64,000 nt of DNA from Gammaproteobacteria bacterium (GCA_963662545.2 CAXXLL010000002.1:1024001-1088000), one strand, 5' to 3'; positions 9,982 through 18,435 are shown, numbered from the stretch's first letter. The notes: a model not told the origin generated them from the sequence alone. A program made the numbers and translations.

Positions 9982-10773
9982 GAAGGACTCAGCATCGTCG
10001 ACGGCCAGGTCGTCATAACGGGCGGCGCGGAGCCGCTTATGTCACTCGAGGACATCGGCCGTCTCATCCATTTCAATACCCATGAGCTGCCCGAGGATTT
10101 TGAACCCGAGCTGGTCGTCACGCGGCATTACAGCCAACGCGAGCAACTCCTGATCTACGCGAACTGTTCGTTAGCAGGTTGTTGAAAAACTCGTTTTTCG
10201 ACAGCCTGTGCCCGGCACAGGGATGTGCCGGCATCAATCGAGCACTCTATGTGCTTGATTGATGGAGCAAGACGGAAACCGTGTTTTTGTCTTGCGAGTT
10301 GAAAAACGATAGGGACATCGTTTTTCAACAACCTGTTAGGGGTCGCTCTGGAGCTTGACATCGACACCGGCGCCGTCGAACTGCAGAAGATCTGGGCGGT
10401 CGATGATTGCGGGCGGATCATCAATGAGAAACTGGTCGCCGAGCAGATGCGCGGCGGCGTGGTTCAGGGCATCGGATCCGCCTTGTACGAAGAGTGCCTT
10501 TATGACGACCAGGGTCAGCTGCTGAACGGTACCCTGGTCGACTATCTGGTGCCGATGGCGGGTGAGATGCCGGATATCGAGTGCGCGCATATCGAGACAC
10601 CCACCAAGGCAACGGAACTCGGCGCCAAGGGTTGCGGCGAGGCCGGCACCATCGGCACCCCGGCTGCGATCATGAATGCGATCAACGACGCCTTGGAACC
10701 CTTCGGCGTCGAGATAACGACGCAGCCGTTTACGCCGGAAAGGATCCTGCGCGCGCTTGGGAAAATCGAGTAG
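9976..10773 (+). pseudogene. C-terminal fragment of a molybdenum hydroxylase large subunit (CoxL/XdhA family), interrupted by a MITE
   Basis: Removing the MITE plus one TTAG restores ...YANCSLGVALELDIDTGAVELQKIWAVDDCGRIIN...GGVVQGIG...GAKGCGEAG; 5' part missing. Confidence 0.88.
10175..10335. mobile_element. MITE, family C, with TTAG target-site duplication
   Basis: 16-bp perfect TIR CAGGTTGTTGAAAAAC; TTAG at 10171-10174 and 10336-10339; inserted inside a reading frame. Confidence 0.92.
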
Positions 10774-10779
10774 CGGGTG

Positions 10780-11664
10780 CTAAAAAACCGCGGCGGCAAG
10801 CTCATCGAGCTCCGCCAACAGCTCCTTCTCGTCGTGTCCCCGCAACCAGAGGACCGCGGTATCGGCACCGGCCTTGGCCATCTCGCGCAATTCCGCGGCC
10901 GTGCGGAACATACCCTCCGGTGCAAACAACGCGATCTCCAGCGACGCGGGATCGCGATCGAACTGCGCCGCATACTTCGCGATCTCGGCCTTGCCGTCGG
11001 CGAGTTCCTGAGGGTCGGCGCAAAACGGCAGCCAGCCATCGCCCCACTCGGCGACGCGTTTGTACACCCGGGGCGAACCGATGCTGCCCAGCAGGATTGG
11101 CGGATGCGGTTTGCGGCTGGGTTTCGGAAAACAGGCCATGGGGTCGAAATCGTAGTATTTGCCGTGATATTCCGCATCATCTTCCGTCCACAAGGCCTTC
11201 ATCGCGTGGATCGAATCCTTAGTCTGTGTCCAGCGGTGCGCAAAGTCTCCACCCATCGCCGTGCATTCGGGTTCATTCCAGCCGGCGCCGATCCCAAATA
11301 CGAAGCGGCCGTTTGAATAGTGATCGATCGAGGCGATCTCTTTCGCCATGTGCAGCGGGTTGCGTTCGGGCACCAGCAAGATACCGGTACCAAGACGGAT
11401 CGTTGAAGTCGTCGCGGACGCACGCGACAAGGCGATCAAGGGATCCGGCATCTTGAACAGGTATGCTGGCGGGGCGTCATCGGGGCCCTTGCCCGGATAA
11501 TCGTCCGCGGAACCCTTCGGGATTATGGTGTGGTCCGGCACCCAATAAGAATCAAAGCCAAGATCTTCGGCTCGCTTTGCGATAGCCGCCGGATCACCCG
11601 CCGGCCGGTCGACCAGGACCTGAAATACACCGACCCCCATTCCATCTACTGTCTTCTTGGCCAC
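10780..11664 (-). CDS. LLM-class oxidoreductase, probably F420-dependent (Rv2161c-like)
   Basis: AEDLGFDSYWVPDH, IRLGTGIL, GRFVFGIGAGWN, PKP...HPPILLG. Confidence 0.88.
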   Translation of the reverse strand: MAKKTVDGMGVGVFQVLVDRPAGDPAAIAKRAEDLGFDSYWVPDHTIIPKGSADDYPGKGPDDAPPAYLFKMPDPLIALSRASATTSTIRLGTGILLVPERNPLHMAKEIASIDHYSNGRFVFGIGAGWNEPECTAMGGDFAHRWTQTKDSIHAMKALWTEDDAEYHGKYYDFDPMACFPKPSRKPHPPILLGSIGSPRVYKRVAEWGDGWLPFCADPQELADGKAEIAKYAAQFDRDPASLEIALFAPEGMFRTAAELREMAKAGADTAVLWLRGHDEKELLAELDELAAAVF

Positions 11665-11845
11665 CTGATTCTCCTTACTCTGTTTCTTTATCGATTCGCC
11701 GGCCTCAGTCCGGGGTCCCCATTGGACGACGCCTCGATATCGAAGGCAAGCCCGGAATTAAACCTATCTCAATGTTATCCGCGTGTGCGTTGTGCCTTGA
11801 AAGTGCGGATGCAAGGCGCACATGCGGATAATTCTGAGACAGGTT

Positions 11846-12631
11846 TTACTTACCAGTCCATCGTGGCGGGCGCTTCTCGGCGAACGCTCGCGCGCCTTCC
11901 TTGCGGTCGGCTGAGGTGTAGCAGACTTTGAACGCAGGATAGGTTTTTTGGCGGCGCATGGCGTCTTGCAGGCTGGGCTCGTCAAGACCGCACATCACGG
12001 TCTGCTTGGATGCCCGCGTTGCAAGCGGCGCGCAGCGGAGTATTTTCTCGCACCATTCGTTCACCGTGGCGTCGAGCGCTTGGTGATCGACGAGCTGGGT
12101 GACAAAGCCCATTCGATATCCTTCTTCGGCGTCGACCATGTCGGCGCTCAGAATGAGCCCCATCGCTTGCTTGAGACCGATCTGGCGTGCCAGACGATGC
12201 ATGCCGCCGCCCAGGGCGACCGCTCCGACTAGAGGCTCCGGGAGTCCGAACTTCGACCGGCGGGTCGCGATCAGAATGTCGCACGCCAGGGCGAGCTCGA
12301 AGCCGCCGCCGACGGCGACACCATCCACCGCGGCGATCACCGGTTTGTCGAGATCGAAACGCTCGATGAGGCCCGCGTATCCGCTCCTCGGGTAAACGTT
12401 CGGCTTGCCGGCTTTTGCAATCGCTTTCAAATCGCTCCCTGCAGAAAACGCCCGTTCTCCAGCCCCGGCTACCACGCACAAGTGTTGTTCGTCATTGGCG
12501 GCAAATTGGTCGAACGCTTCCTGCAATTCGTCATGCATTTTCTGGTTGATCGCGTTCAAGACTTCGGGACGATTCATGGTGACCCGCGTGATGTTGGCGG
12601 TCGTCGCAACTTCGATATATTCGAAACTCAA
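11846..12631 (-). CDS. enoyl-CoA hydratase/isomerase (crotonase, CaiD-like)
   Basis: NRPEVLNAI, AFSAGSDLK, GGGFELALACD, FGLPE. TTG start at 12631 after an AGAGGG RBS. Confidence 0.92.
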   Translation of the reverse strand: MSFEYIEVATTANITRVTMNRPEVLNAINQKMHDELQEAFDQFAANDEQHLCVVAGAGERAFSAGSDLKAIAKAGKPNVYPRSGYAGLIERFDLDKPVIAAVDGVAVGGGFELALACDILIATRRSKFGLPEPLVGAVALGGGMHRLARQIGLKQAMGLILSADMVDAEEGYRMGFVTQLVDHQALDATVNEWCEKILRCAPLATRASKQTVMCGLDEPSLQDAMRRQKTYPAFKVCYTSADRKEGARAFAEKRPPRWTGK

Positions 12632-13012
12632 GAGCGTATCCCTCTTTGCTTGGTTCTGACGAAGATACGAAATTACGGGGCACACGACAAATGTCGAGCA
12701 GATCGCGATCGTCAACCGAGGATTGTGGCCGGGAGTATATGCGGAATGGGAGTCCAAGGGGTGCGTGAAGCATGATGCCAGGGTTGTGTGCACGTTCAGA
12801 CCCGGCCATTTATTTTCCTCGCCGGCACGTTAACTTTTTCTTCTGGTGGCCGACAAAGTGCCCGTTCGATGTTCATTTGCTTGCATTGGAACAAGGGCAT
12901 CCTGTTAGATTTCATGGTGTGCGCTTTTATCGATCTTTCCGCTGATAACGGTAAGATTGGCAAATTCGAGAGCGAACCCTTATCAGGTCCATCCAAGATA
13001 TTTTCTGCAACC

Positions 13013-14995
13013 GTGCTTGGCTTCAGTCGTTTAACGCCCCCTCCCTGGCCGCTCATTGTCGTGCTCCTCACGGGTGTGATGTTGCCAGCAGGTTTTACCT
13101 GGGCGAATGAGACAGACAGCGAAACAAATGACGATAGGAATACCGCAGAGCCATATACGGATCAGTACCTCGATGAGTTTGATGCCGACGAAATACCGAT
13201 TGATATCGGCGATGAACATGAAGGGCTGCCGCGGAGCTTCGCCGCCAACTATCGGACCTATGTCGATGCGCGCGAGATGATCAGACCGCTGGTCGAGCAC
13301 GGCCTGGATTTTCTTTGGTACCAGGAAACGGATGGATACGGCAGTTTCAACGCTACATTCGAACAACTCTTTAACAACGACGGCCGACCGAATCGAGATT
13401 CTCAAGGCGAGCGGTTTCAGTTGGAAAACCGGGATTTCGTCATCAATGAGAATTATGCCGCCGATACTCGACTCGGACATTTCCGCAGTGAATCCAACAG
13501 ATTGCTCGCGACGAGTTATCGGTTCTTTCTGCCGACCACCTTGCTGCAAGGCGGAACGACGCGCATCCATAGCGATCGGGCGGAGTTTGACGTCACTGCG
13601 GGCTATATCGGCGGGCTGCAAGGGACAGCAGCGCGCGGGTTTCGCAAAACTCGAGGAACCCTGCTAGGCGCCAGCGGCCAATTTTCGATCGATGACAATT
13701 GGAGTGCCTCCGCGCAATTCTGGGATACCAACGACGCCGGCATCGCCGGACGCAACCATCAAGTAGGTGGTGGGGCCGTTCAGTATTTGAGCGACGACCT
13801 GACCCAGAGGCATCAACTGCGTGGCCTGAAAGACAGTAAGGGCCAATTCGGCTCGTGGTACGACGGCGTATCTATCCTTGGACGGTGGCGCCATCGATAT
13901 GGCGCGTTTCACTTTGAGCGCGGCCTGCGGTGGACGGACGTGCAAATCGATAACGACCGGCAAGGTTTGTTCTGGCGCGGCGATTTCAGTTCGTTTCGGT
14001 GGCGCTGGACCCTGGGCTCCGAGGTGTCGAGGAACAACCTCGACGAGCTTGCGACTGTCGCCGGCAATGTCGTGACCAACTCGTTCGTCAACGGCAGCTG
14101 GCAGTTTCGTCGGAAAACGCAAATCGGCGGCCTGGTCACCGTGCGCACGCAACATGCGGATTCCGGTATCGCACGGGGTGACGGCCATACCGCTGAATTA
14201 CGTGCCTTCCTCGCACACGACTTTGCCTTCGGTTTGAGCCGGCTGGAACTGCGCTTCTTAAACGAGAACCTGCCTGCTATAGAACGCGCGGAAACGCAGC
14301 TCAGATGGGATCACGATTGGGCGATCGCATACCTTGATCGTTTTACGACAGAGTTTGAATTCACGCAGGATACATTCGAAGCGCAGGAGGTACTGCTGGG
14401 TATCATCGCCCAAAAAGACCTTACGGACACGGTGAGTGGCGGCTTGGATTTTCAATTGACCCACCGCCAGGACGAGAATGGCGTCGATTCGCGCGCCTAC
14501 AATTGGGGCTTCGGATTTCATTGGTTGGCGCACAGGGACGTCACCATTGACCTGAGTGCGACGGCGGGCCGCGTCACCACCGATCCCGTGATCGGCCCGT
14601 CACGTACCCTTGATGACCTAACGGTACTGTTGAGCGTGAGCTTTGTGAAACAACGAGGACGACCGGCACGAATGAGTGGTTACTCAACGGGACAACGCGG
14701 TAGCGGCACTATCAAAGGGCATGTGTTCTTCGATACGAACCGCAATGGTAAGCGGGATGGCGGTGAACGCGGGCTGCCGCGAATCACGGTATATCTTGAT
14801 GGCCACTTCCGTGCAGAAACGAATACCGCGGGAGAATTCGAATTCGAACGAGTCGGAGCCGGCGAACACTGGTTGCGTATCGCAGTGGAGGAAGCACCCT
14901 TACCCTTCGGCCTCGAAGACGAATCGCCGCAATCGCTCATCGTGCCGATACGCGGGATCGGGCGGATCGACTTCGGTCTGATCGAAATTGAATAG
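13013..14995 (+). CDS. predicted outer-membrane beta-barrel protein with C-terminal SdrD-B/CnaB-like domain (usher-like platform)
   Basis: Signal-like segment ending AGFTWA; long run of alternating aromatic/hydrophobic beta-strands; GTIKGHVFFDTNRNGKRDGGERGL C-terminal motif. Start uncertain (12788-13078). Confidence 0.7.
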   Translation: MLGFSRLTPPPWPLIVVLLTGVMLPAGFTWANETDSETNDDRNTAEPYTDQYLDEFDADEIPIDIGDEHEGLPRSFAANYRTYVDAREMIRPLVEHGLDFLWYQETDGYGSFNATFEQLFNNDGRPNRDSQGERFQLENRDFVINENYAADTRLGHFRSESNRLLATSYRFFLPTTLLQGGTTRIHSDRAEFDVTAGYIGGLQGTAARGFRKTRGTLLGASGQFSIDDNWSASAQFWDTNDAGIAGRNHQVGGGAVQYLSDDLTQRHQLRGLKDSKGQFGSWYDGVSILGRWRHRYGAFHFERGLRWTDVQIDNDRQGLFWRGDFSSFRWRWTLGSEVSRNNLDELATVAGNVVTNSFVNGSWQFRRKTQIGGLVTVRTQHADSGIARGDGHTAELRAFLAHDFAFGLSRLELRFLNENLPAIERAETQLRWDHDWAIAYLDRFTTEFEFTQDTFEAQEVLLGIIAQKDLTDTVSGGLDFQLTHRQDENGVDSRAYNWGFGFHWLAHRDVTIDLSATAGRVTTDPVIGPSRTLDDLTVLLSVSFVKQRGRPARMSGYSTGQRGSGTIKGHVFFDTNRNGKRDGGERGLPRITVYLDGHFRAETNTAGEFEFERVGAGEHWLRIAVEEAPLPFGLEDESPQSLIVPIRGIGRIDFGLIEIE

Positions 14996-15032
14996 TGCTG
15001 CGGCGCAGCTGCCCGAGATCGGCGGTGGCCCG

Positions 15033-15863
15033 TTATTCTTCGTTCAGTGGTGTGTCATCCAATTTCAGATTACCGCCATCCCATTCGATCAAGCCGGTCA
15101 TGGAGGCGGGCAGCGAGAGTTGCAAGGGGGGCGGTTCCCGATATTCGGGACCGCTCACCGACTGCAGCCCTATCGGCATACTGCGACCCGGTAAAACAGG
15201 AAAAGGCACGACTACAAGCTCGATGTTCGACCCGTCGCTCTGCCTGATGTTGACGCTGCCGAATGGCCGTCCATGCGCATTACCGGAATTGAAGAAATCG
15301 AGATAGGCCGCCTGCCGGCCATCCTCGCTTTCAATGACTCGAGCGCCGCGAAATTCCAAGTTCGCCGTGACGTCACCGATGACGACATACACGACAATGG
15401 CAATTTGGCCGGTTATTGGAATGCTGATATTACCTAATTGCGTCGTCTCAATGCTCTCCGGGGTTGGAGAAATTAAAATCGCAAAGCGGCATTCGCCCGC
15501 GCTGGCGTCGGCTGGAACCTGGATTTCGAATCGATATTTCTTGATTTGCTGAGGCGCGAGTTTTATCCGTCCGCGCTCGATTCGCGACCATGGCCGGCAC
15601 GAGTTCTCCGACAAGCCCGCGTCGACAGGTCGTATAACGACGCCACCCTGAGGATTGATGTCCCAGTCGGCCGTGCGGATGACGTATTCGGCCGTTTCCT
15701 CATCGTTATTCTGGATGTGGATGACGTGACGGACTTTGTCGCCGGGATCCGCCTTGAGTTCAAAATTCGGTGGGCTCACACGCGCTGCAAACGTCGCGGC
15801 ATGCGCTTGCCAAGCCACCGCAAATCCACACAGAAAGCAGGCGCCGATCAAGCACCTGTACAT
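15033..15863 (-). CDS. periplasmic chaperone-like protein (PapD/EcpB- or DUF916-like tandem Ig domains)
   Basis: Signal peptide (AHA); VSPPNFEL..DPG...IHIQN; FEIQVPADA..GECRFAI; FNSGNAHGRP second domain. Confidence 0.7.
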   Translation of the reverse strand: MYRCLIGACFLCGFAVAWQAHAATFAARVSPPNFELKADPGDKVRHVIHIQNNDEETAEYVIRTADWDINPQGGVVIRPVDAGLSENSCRPWSRIERGRIKLAPQQIKKYRFEIQVPADASAGECRFAILISPTPESIETTQLGNISIPITGQIAIVVYVVIGDVTANLEFRGARVIESEDGRQAAYLDFFNSGNAHGRPFGSVNIRQSDGSNIELVVVPFPVLPGRSMPIGLQSVSGPEYREPPPLQLSLPASMTGLIEWDGGNLKLDDTPLNEE

Positions 15864-15929
15864 ACTAAACTCGAAATTAATTGCCTCTCCCCCGCCATAC
15901 GCGCCGTTGTTGGTAATAAATGAGTGTCG

Positions 15930-16403
15930 CTACATCAATTCAATCTCATAGATCGGCTCGAAGCGCAGCGCGCCTGTTAGCGAGCGTGCATCGAGATTCA
16001 TGGTGAACGTAAAAAATTCGATGAGTAACGGGTCGCTCACGCGACCTTCGAAAATCAGCGCGCGGTTGCCGGGTGTCGTATGTCCGGCCAGAAAGTTTCC
16101 TCGGGTACGCCATTCGAGTTTCAGTCCGGCGCTATTCCCAAGCCCTTTTATCTGCTCCGGCAAGCGCAAGAAAATGCGTGCGTTTTGACCTACGAAATCA
16201 CGGGTATCGAGGCGCACCTCGGCATTCGGCACCCGCGCTGTAAGCGCGTTCAGCTCACGTTCGGACAGCGTGAACATATTGCCGTTATTCTGCCATTCGA
16301 GCTTGATGTTGAACTGTTGTCTGGGTGACGCCGAGTCGTCCAGGATCTGGGCACACGCCCAGGGCGCACAAAGGAGAAGAAACCAGGCGCAATACCGCAT
16401 CAC
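15930..16403 (-). CDS. secreted beta-rich hypothetical protein of the fibre locus
   Basis: Signal peptide (ACA-Q); start overlaps the stop of the upstream gene (GTGA/TGATG). Confidence 0.8.
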   Translation of the reverse strand: MMRYCAWFLLLCAPWACAQILDDSASPRQQFNIKLEWQNNGNMFTLSERELNALTARVPNAEVRLDTRDFVGQNARIFLRLPEQIKGLGNSAGLKLEWRTRGNFLAGHTTPGNRALIFEGRVSDPLLIEFFTFTMNLDARSLTGALRFEPIYEIELM

Positions 16404-16900
16404 GGTACCGCCGCAGTGTAGGTCACCGTACCCGCATAAGTACCGGAAGCGATCAGGTTGGTGTTGGCATAGCTGAACGTATGCGTGTCGATTACCACGA
16501 ACGCCGCGACGATAGGGCCTAGAATCACTTGTGCCGGCGTCCCCGCAAACGTACCCGACGGAATATCACCCGCTGCGGCGACCCAACTGATTTCTGTGAA
16601 CGGAATGGTCTCGAAACCATTATTCAACGGCGTTGACGAGTCGACCGTAAGGGTAAATACCTTGAATGGGATACTGAACGGTTGACGCGCATAGGCGCCG
16701 ACGAACATAGCTGGCGTGCCGCCAATGGGCGTGCCGTCGCCAACGTTGGTCACGGGGACATTGACATCCACCGTTGAAACGCCCGCCGGTTGTCCCACCC
16801 GCACGCCGATTTGAGCCGGGCCGAATCCAATGAAGAACACGGCTGCACTCGCGTCCGCCACGAGAGCGCTTACGAGCAAAAACAAAAGGAGGTTTTTCAT
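16400..16900 (-). CDS. minor pilin-like secreted subunit
   Basis: Signal peptide; IGVRVG, LNNGFETIPFTEISW, FSYAN...SGTYAGTVTYTAAVP parallel the major subunit. Confidence 0.75.
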   Translation of the reverse strand: MKNLLLFLLVSALVADASAAVFFIGFGPAQIGVRVGQPAGVSTVDVNVPVTNVGDGTPIGGTPAMFVGAYARQPFSIPFKVFTLTVDSSTPLNNGFETIPFTEISWVAAAGDIPSGTFAGTPAQVILGPIVAAFVVIDTHTFSYANTNLIASGTYAGTVTYTAAVP

Positions 16901-16928
16901 CGGTCTAGTCTCAGCGAACTTCAAAAGT

Positions 16929-16967
16929 GAAGCCCCGCACGCTAAAAGTCTAGCATAGCGGGGCTTC
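16929..16967 (-). terminator. intrinsic terminator/attenuator after the major subunit gene
   Basis: GAAGCCCCGC...GCGGGGCTTC stem followed on the - strand by ACTTTT. Confidence 0.65.
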
Positions 16968-16999
16968 GGTCCTCGGGGAGGAGGCGGGAGAGAATCCCG

Positions 17000-17596
17000 T
17001 TACAGCGCTACCGCCGTATAGGTCGCCGTACCGGTGTAAAGGCCGGATTGCGGCGGCGTCGCCGGATTATCGTAGGTGTATGTCCATACGCTGCTGCGAT
17101 CGACAACGCCCGTCGAGGTCACCGCTACGGCCGAGGTGTTGTTGCTGCTGTCGGACAGAGTCGGAGCCGGAATGCCGCCGCCGCCGGTGTCAGCGGAATT
17201 GATCTGCGCCCAACTAATGGTGCTCGTGCCGTTGCTCAAACCCGTTGCGCCGCTCGTGACTTCGGTGATTTGAACGGAACCGCCGTTACCGCGAATTTCA
17301 ACGGTAACTTGACCGGTACCAACGTCACCACCTGTGCCGGCCATACCGAGCGTTGGTGCCAACACATCGGCGACCGACGGTGCAAACGAGATCGTATCGA
17401 CGATTCCAGCCGAACCGACGCGGAATGACAGGAAGGCCGGAATCGTTATCTGGAAATCCAGATCGACGTTCGCACCTGCACCGCCTGGTAGAGCAGCAGC
17501 ACCGGTTACAATCTGCGTATCAGCCAGCGAACCCTGCGCGTAAGCTAACGAAGCAACGATGGCAGCGCTAACTAATGTCTTATTGAGTTTCATCAC
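17000..17596 (-). CDS. major pilin-like secreted subunit (Cys-free, Thr/Gly/Ser-rich)
   Basis: Signal peptide (SLA-D); ANVDLDFQITIP alternating strand; LSNGTSTISWAQI; WTYTYDN...SGLYTGTATYTAVAL; GGGAG RBS. Confidence 0.78.
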   Translation of the reverse strand: MMKLNKTLVSAAIVASLAYAQGSLADTQIVTGAAALPGGAGANVDLDFQITIPAFLSFRVGSAGIVDTISFAPSVADVLAPTLGMAGTGGDVGTGQVTVEIRGNGGSVQITEVTSGATGLSNGTSTISWAQINSADTGGGGIPAPTLSDSSNNTSAVAVTSTGVVDRSSVWTYTYDNPATPPQSGLYTGTATYTAVAL

Positions 17597-17654
17597 GTTT
17601 CTCCCGCAATTGCGAATTTAAAAAATTGGATTAAAAATTTTGTTGCCAGAGATA

Positions 17655-17671
17655 TTGCAAGCGGTGTGCCA
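17655..17671 (-). promoter_or_regulatory. sigma-54 (-24/-12) promoter of the subunit operon
   Basis: - strand TGGCAC-ACCGC-TTGCA matches the TGGCAC-N5-TTGC consensus, ~60 bp upstream of the start. Confidence 0.85.
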
Positions 17672-17691
17672 ATCTGGAACCGCGGATTATT

Positions 17692-17771
17692 TGTGCGGCA
17701 CGTCACAAGCCGCCGGCAGTGGTTTGTGATCGGTTTCACATGCGGGGGACGCTTACGTGACGGGCGTCACA
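17692..17771. promoter_or_regulatory. three CRP-family-type boxes
   Basis: TGTGC-N6-TCACA (17692), TGTGA-N6-TCACA (17725, perfect), CGTGA-N6-TCACA (17756). Confidence 0.65.
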
Positions 17772-17891
17772 AGCTCACTTTCTCTGCTGTCGCTCAGGAA
17801 CGACAGATCTTTGGAAACTGGAAATACTGCCTTTGAACCGGTTAATTTCGTGACCCCCTTCACAAAAACCGGGGGTACCGTAGAATGTAGG

Positions 17892-17918
17892 TATAGTAAT
17901 CACGATGCCTGCCGATAC
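17892..17918 (+). promoter_or_regulatory. possible sigma-28-like promoter
   Basis: TATA-N15-GCCGATAC vs consensus TAAA-N15-GCCGATAA (2 mismatches). Confidence 0.35.
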
Positions 17919-17926
17919 GGCTAAAC

Positions 17927-18265
17927 ATGATGGTTTTCAGGGGTTTATCGAAGTTGCAAGCGCGCCGCACCCAATGTGTTGGGGTGTTGCTGATCTCGTT
18001 GGGTCTAATGACGGCGTTTACCGTGTCGGCTGATGATTCAATCGGGGTCGGCGGCAACCGCAGTGCCGCGGCTCAGCTAGGTTTCAAAATTCTGATCCCG
18101 CAGGAGCTTAGCGCTGTCTTTCAAACCGGCAGTGATTCGAGGCCTGTCGTCTTCTCGTCCGGTGGACAGGTGAGTTTTACTGTAGATACCTATCGGTCGT
18201 CCGAAGATAGGGGCGCTTCAAATCTCGCGACCCCTCTCAATATTGCGACCGTCGCCGTTCCCTGA
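17927..18265 (+). CDS. short divergent pilin-like paralog
   Basis: Signal-like segment; SAAAQLGFKILIP, FSSGGQVSFT and C-terminal ATVAVP echo motifs of the major subunit. Confidence 0.6.
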   Translation: MMVFRGLSKLQARRTQCVGVLLISLGLMTAFTVSADDSIGVGGNRSAAAQLGFKILIPQELSAVFQTGSDSRPVVFSSGGQVSFTVDTYRSSEDRGASNLATPLNIATVAVP

Positions 18266-18270
18266 AGCAC

Positions 18271-18435
18271 CTAGTGCACCGTCCCGCGAAAAACTTCCAT
18301 AATTCGCTGGTCTTTTTCGTCCCCGGCGGCGTTGCTCGTCCTTGCGTAGAGCCCGCTACGCGGCGTCCTCGCGCCTTGCCAGGAACGAAAAATCCGGTGC
18401 GACTTACGCAACTTTTTCGCGGGACGGCACACTAG
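18271..18435. mobile_element. MITE-like hairpin element, family A copy 2
   Basis: CTAG ends, imperfect TIR CTAGTGYRCCGTCCCGCGAAAAA, 165 bp, same internal motifs as 4227-4391. Confidence 0.85.

Noticed and set aside
10447-10773. Stand-alone 108-aa gene or functional CO dehydrogenase
   Set aside because: It is only the tail of a truncated, MITE-interrupted large subunit; the active-site loop is absent
12920-12948. Sigma-28-like GCTGATAA upstream of the usher-like gene
   Set aside because: No TAAA at the 15-bp spacing
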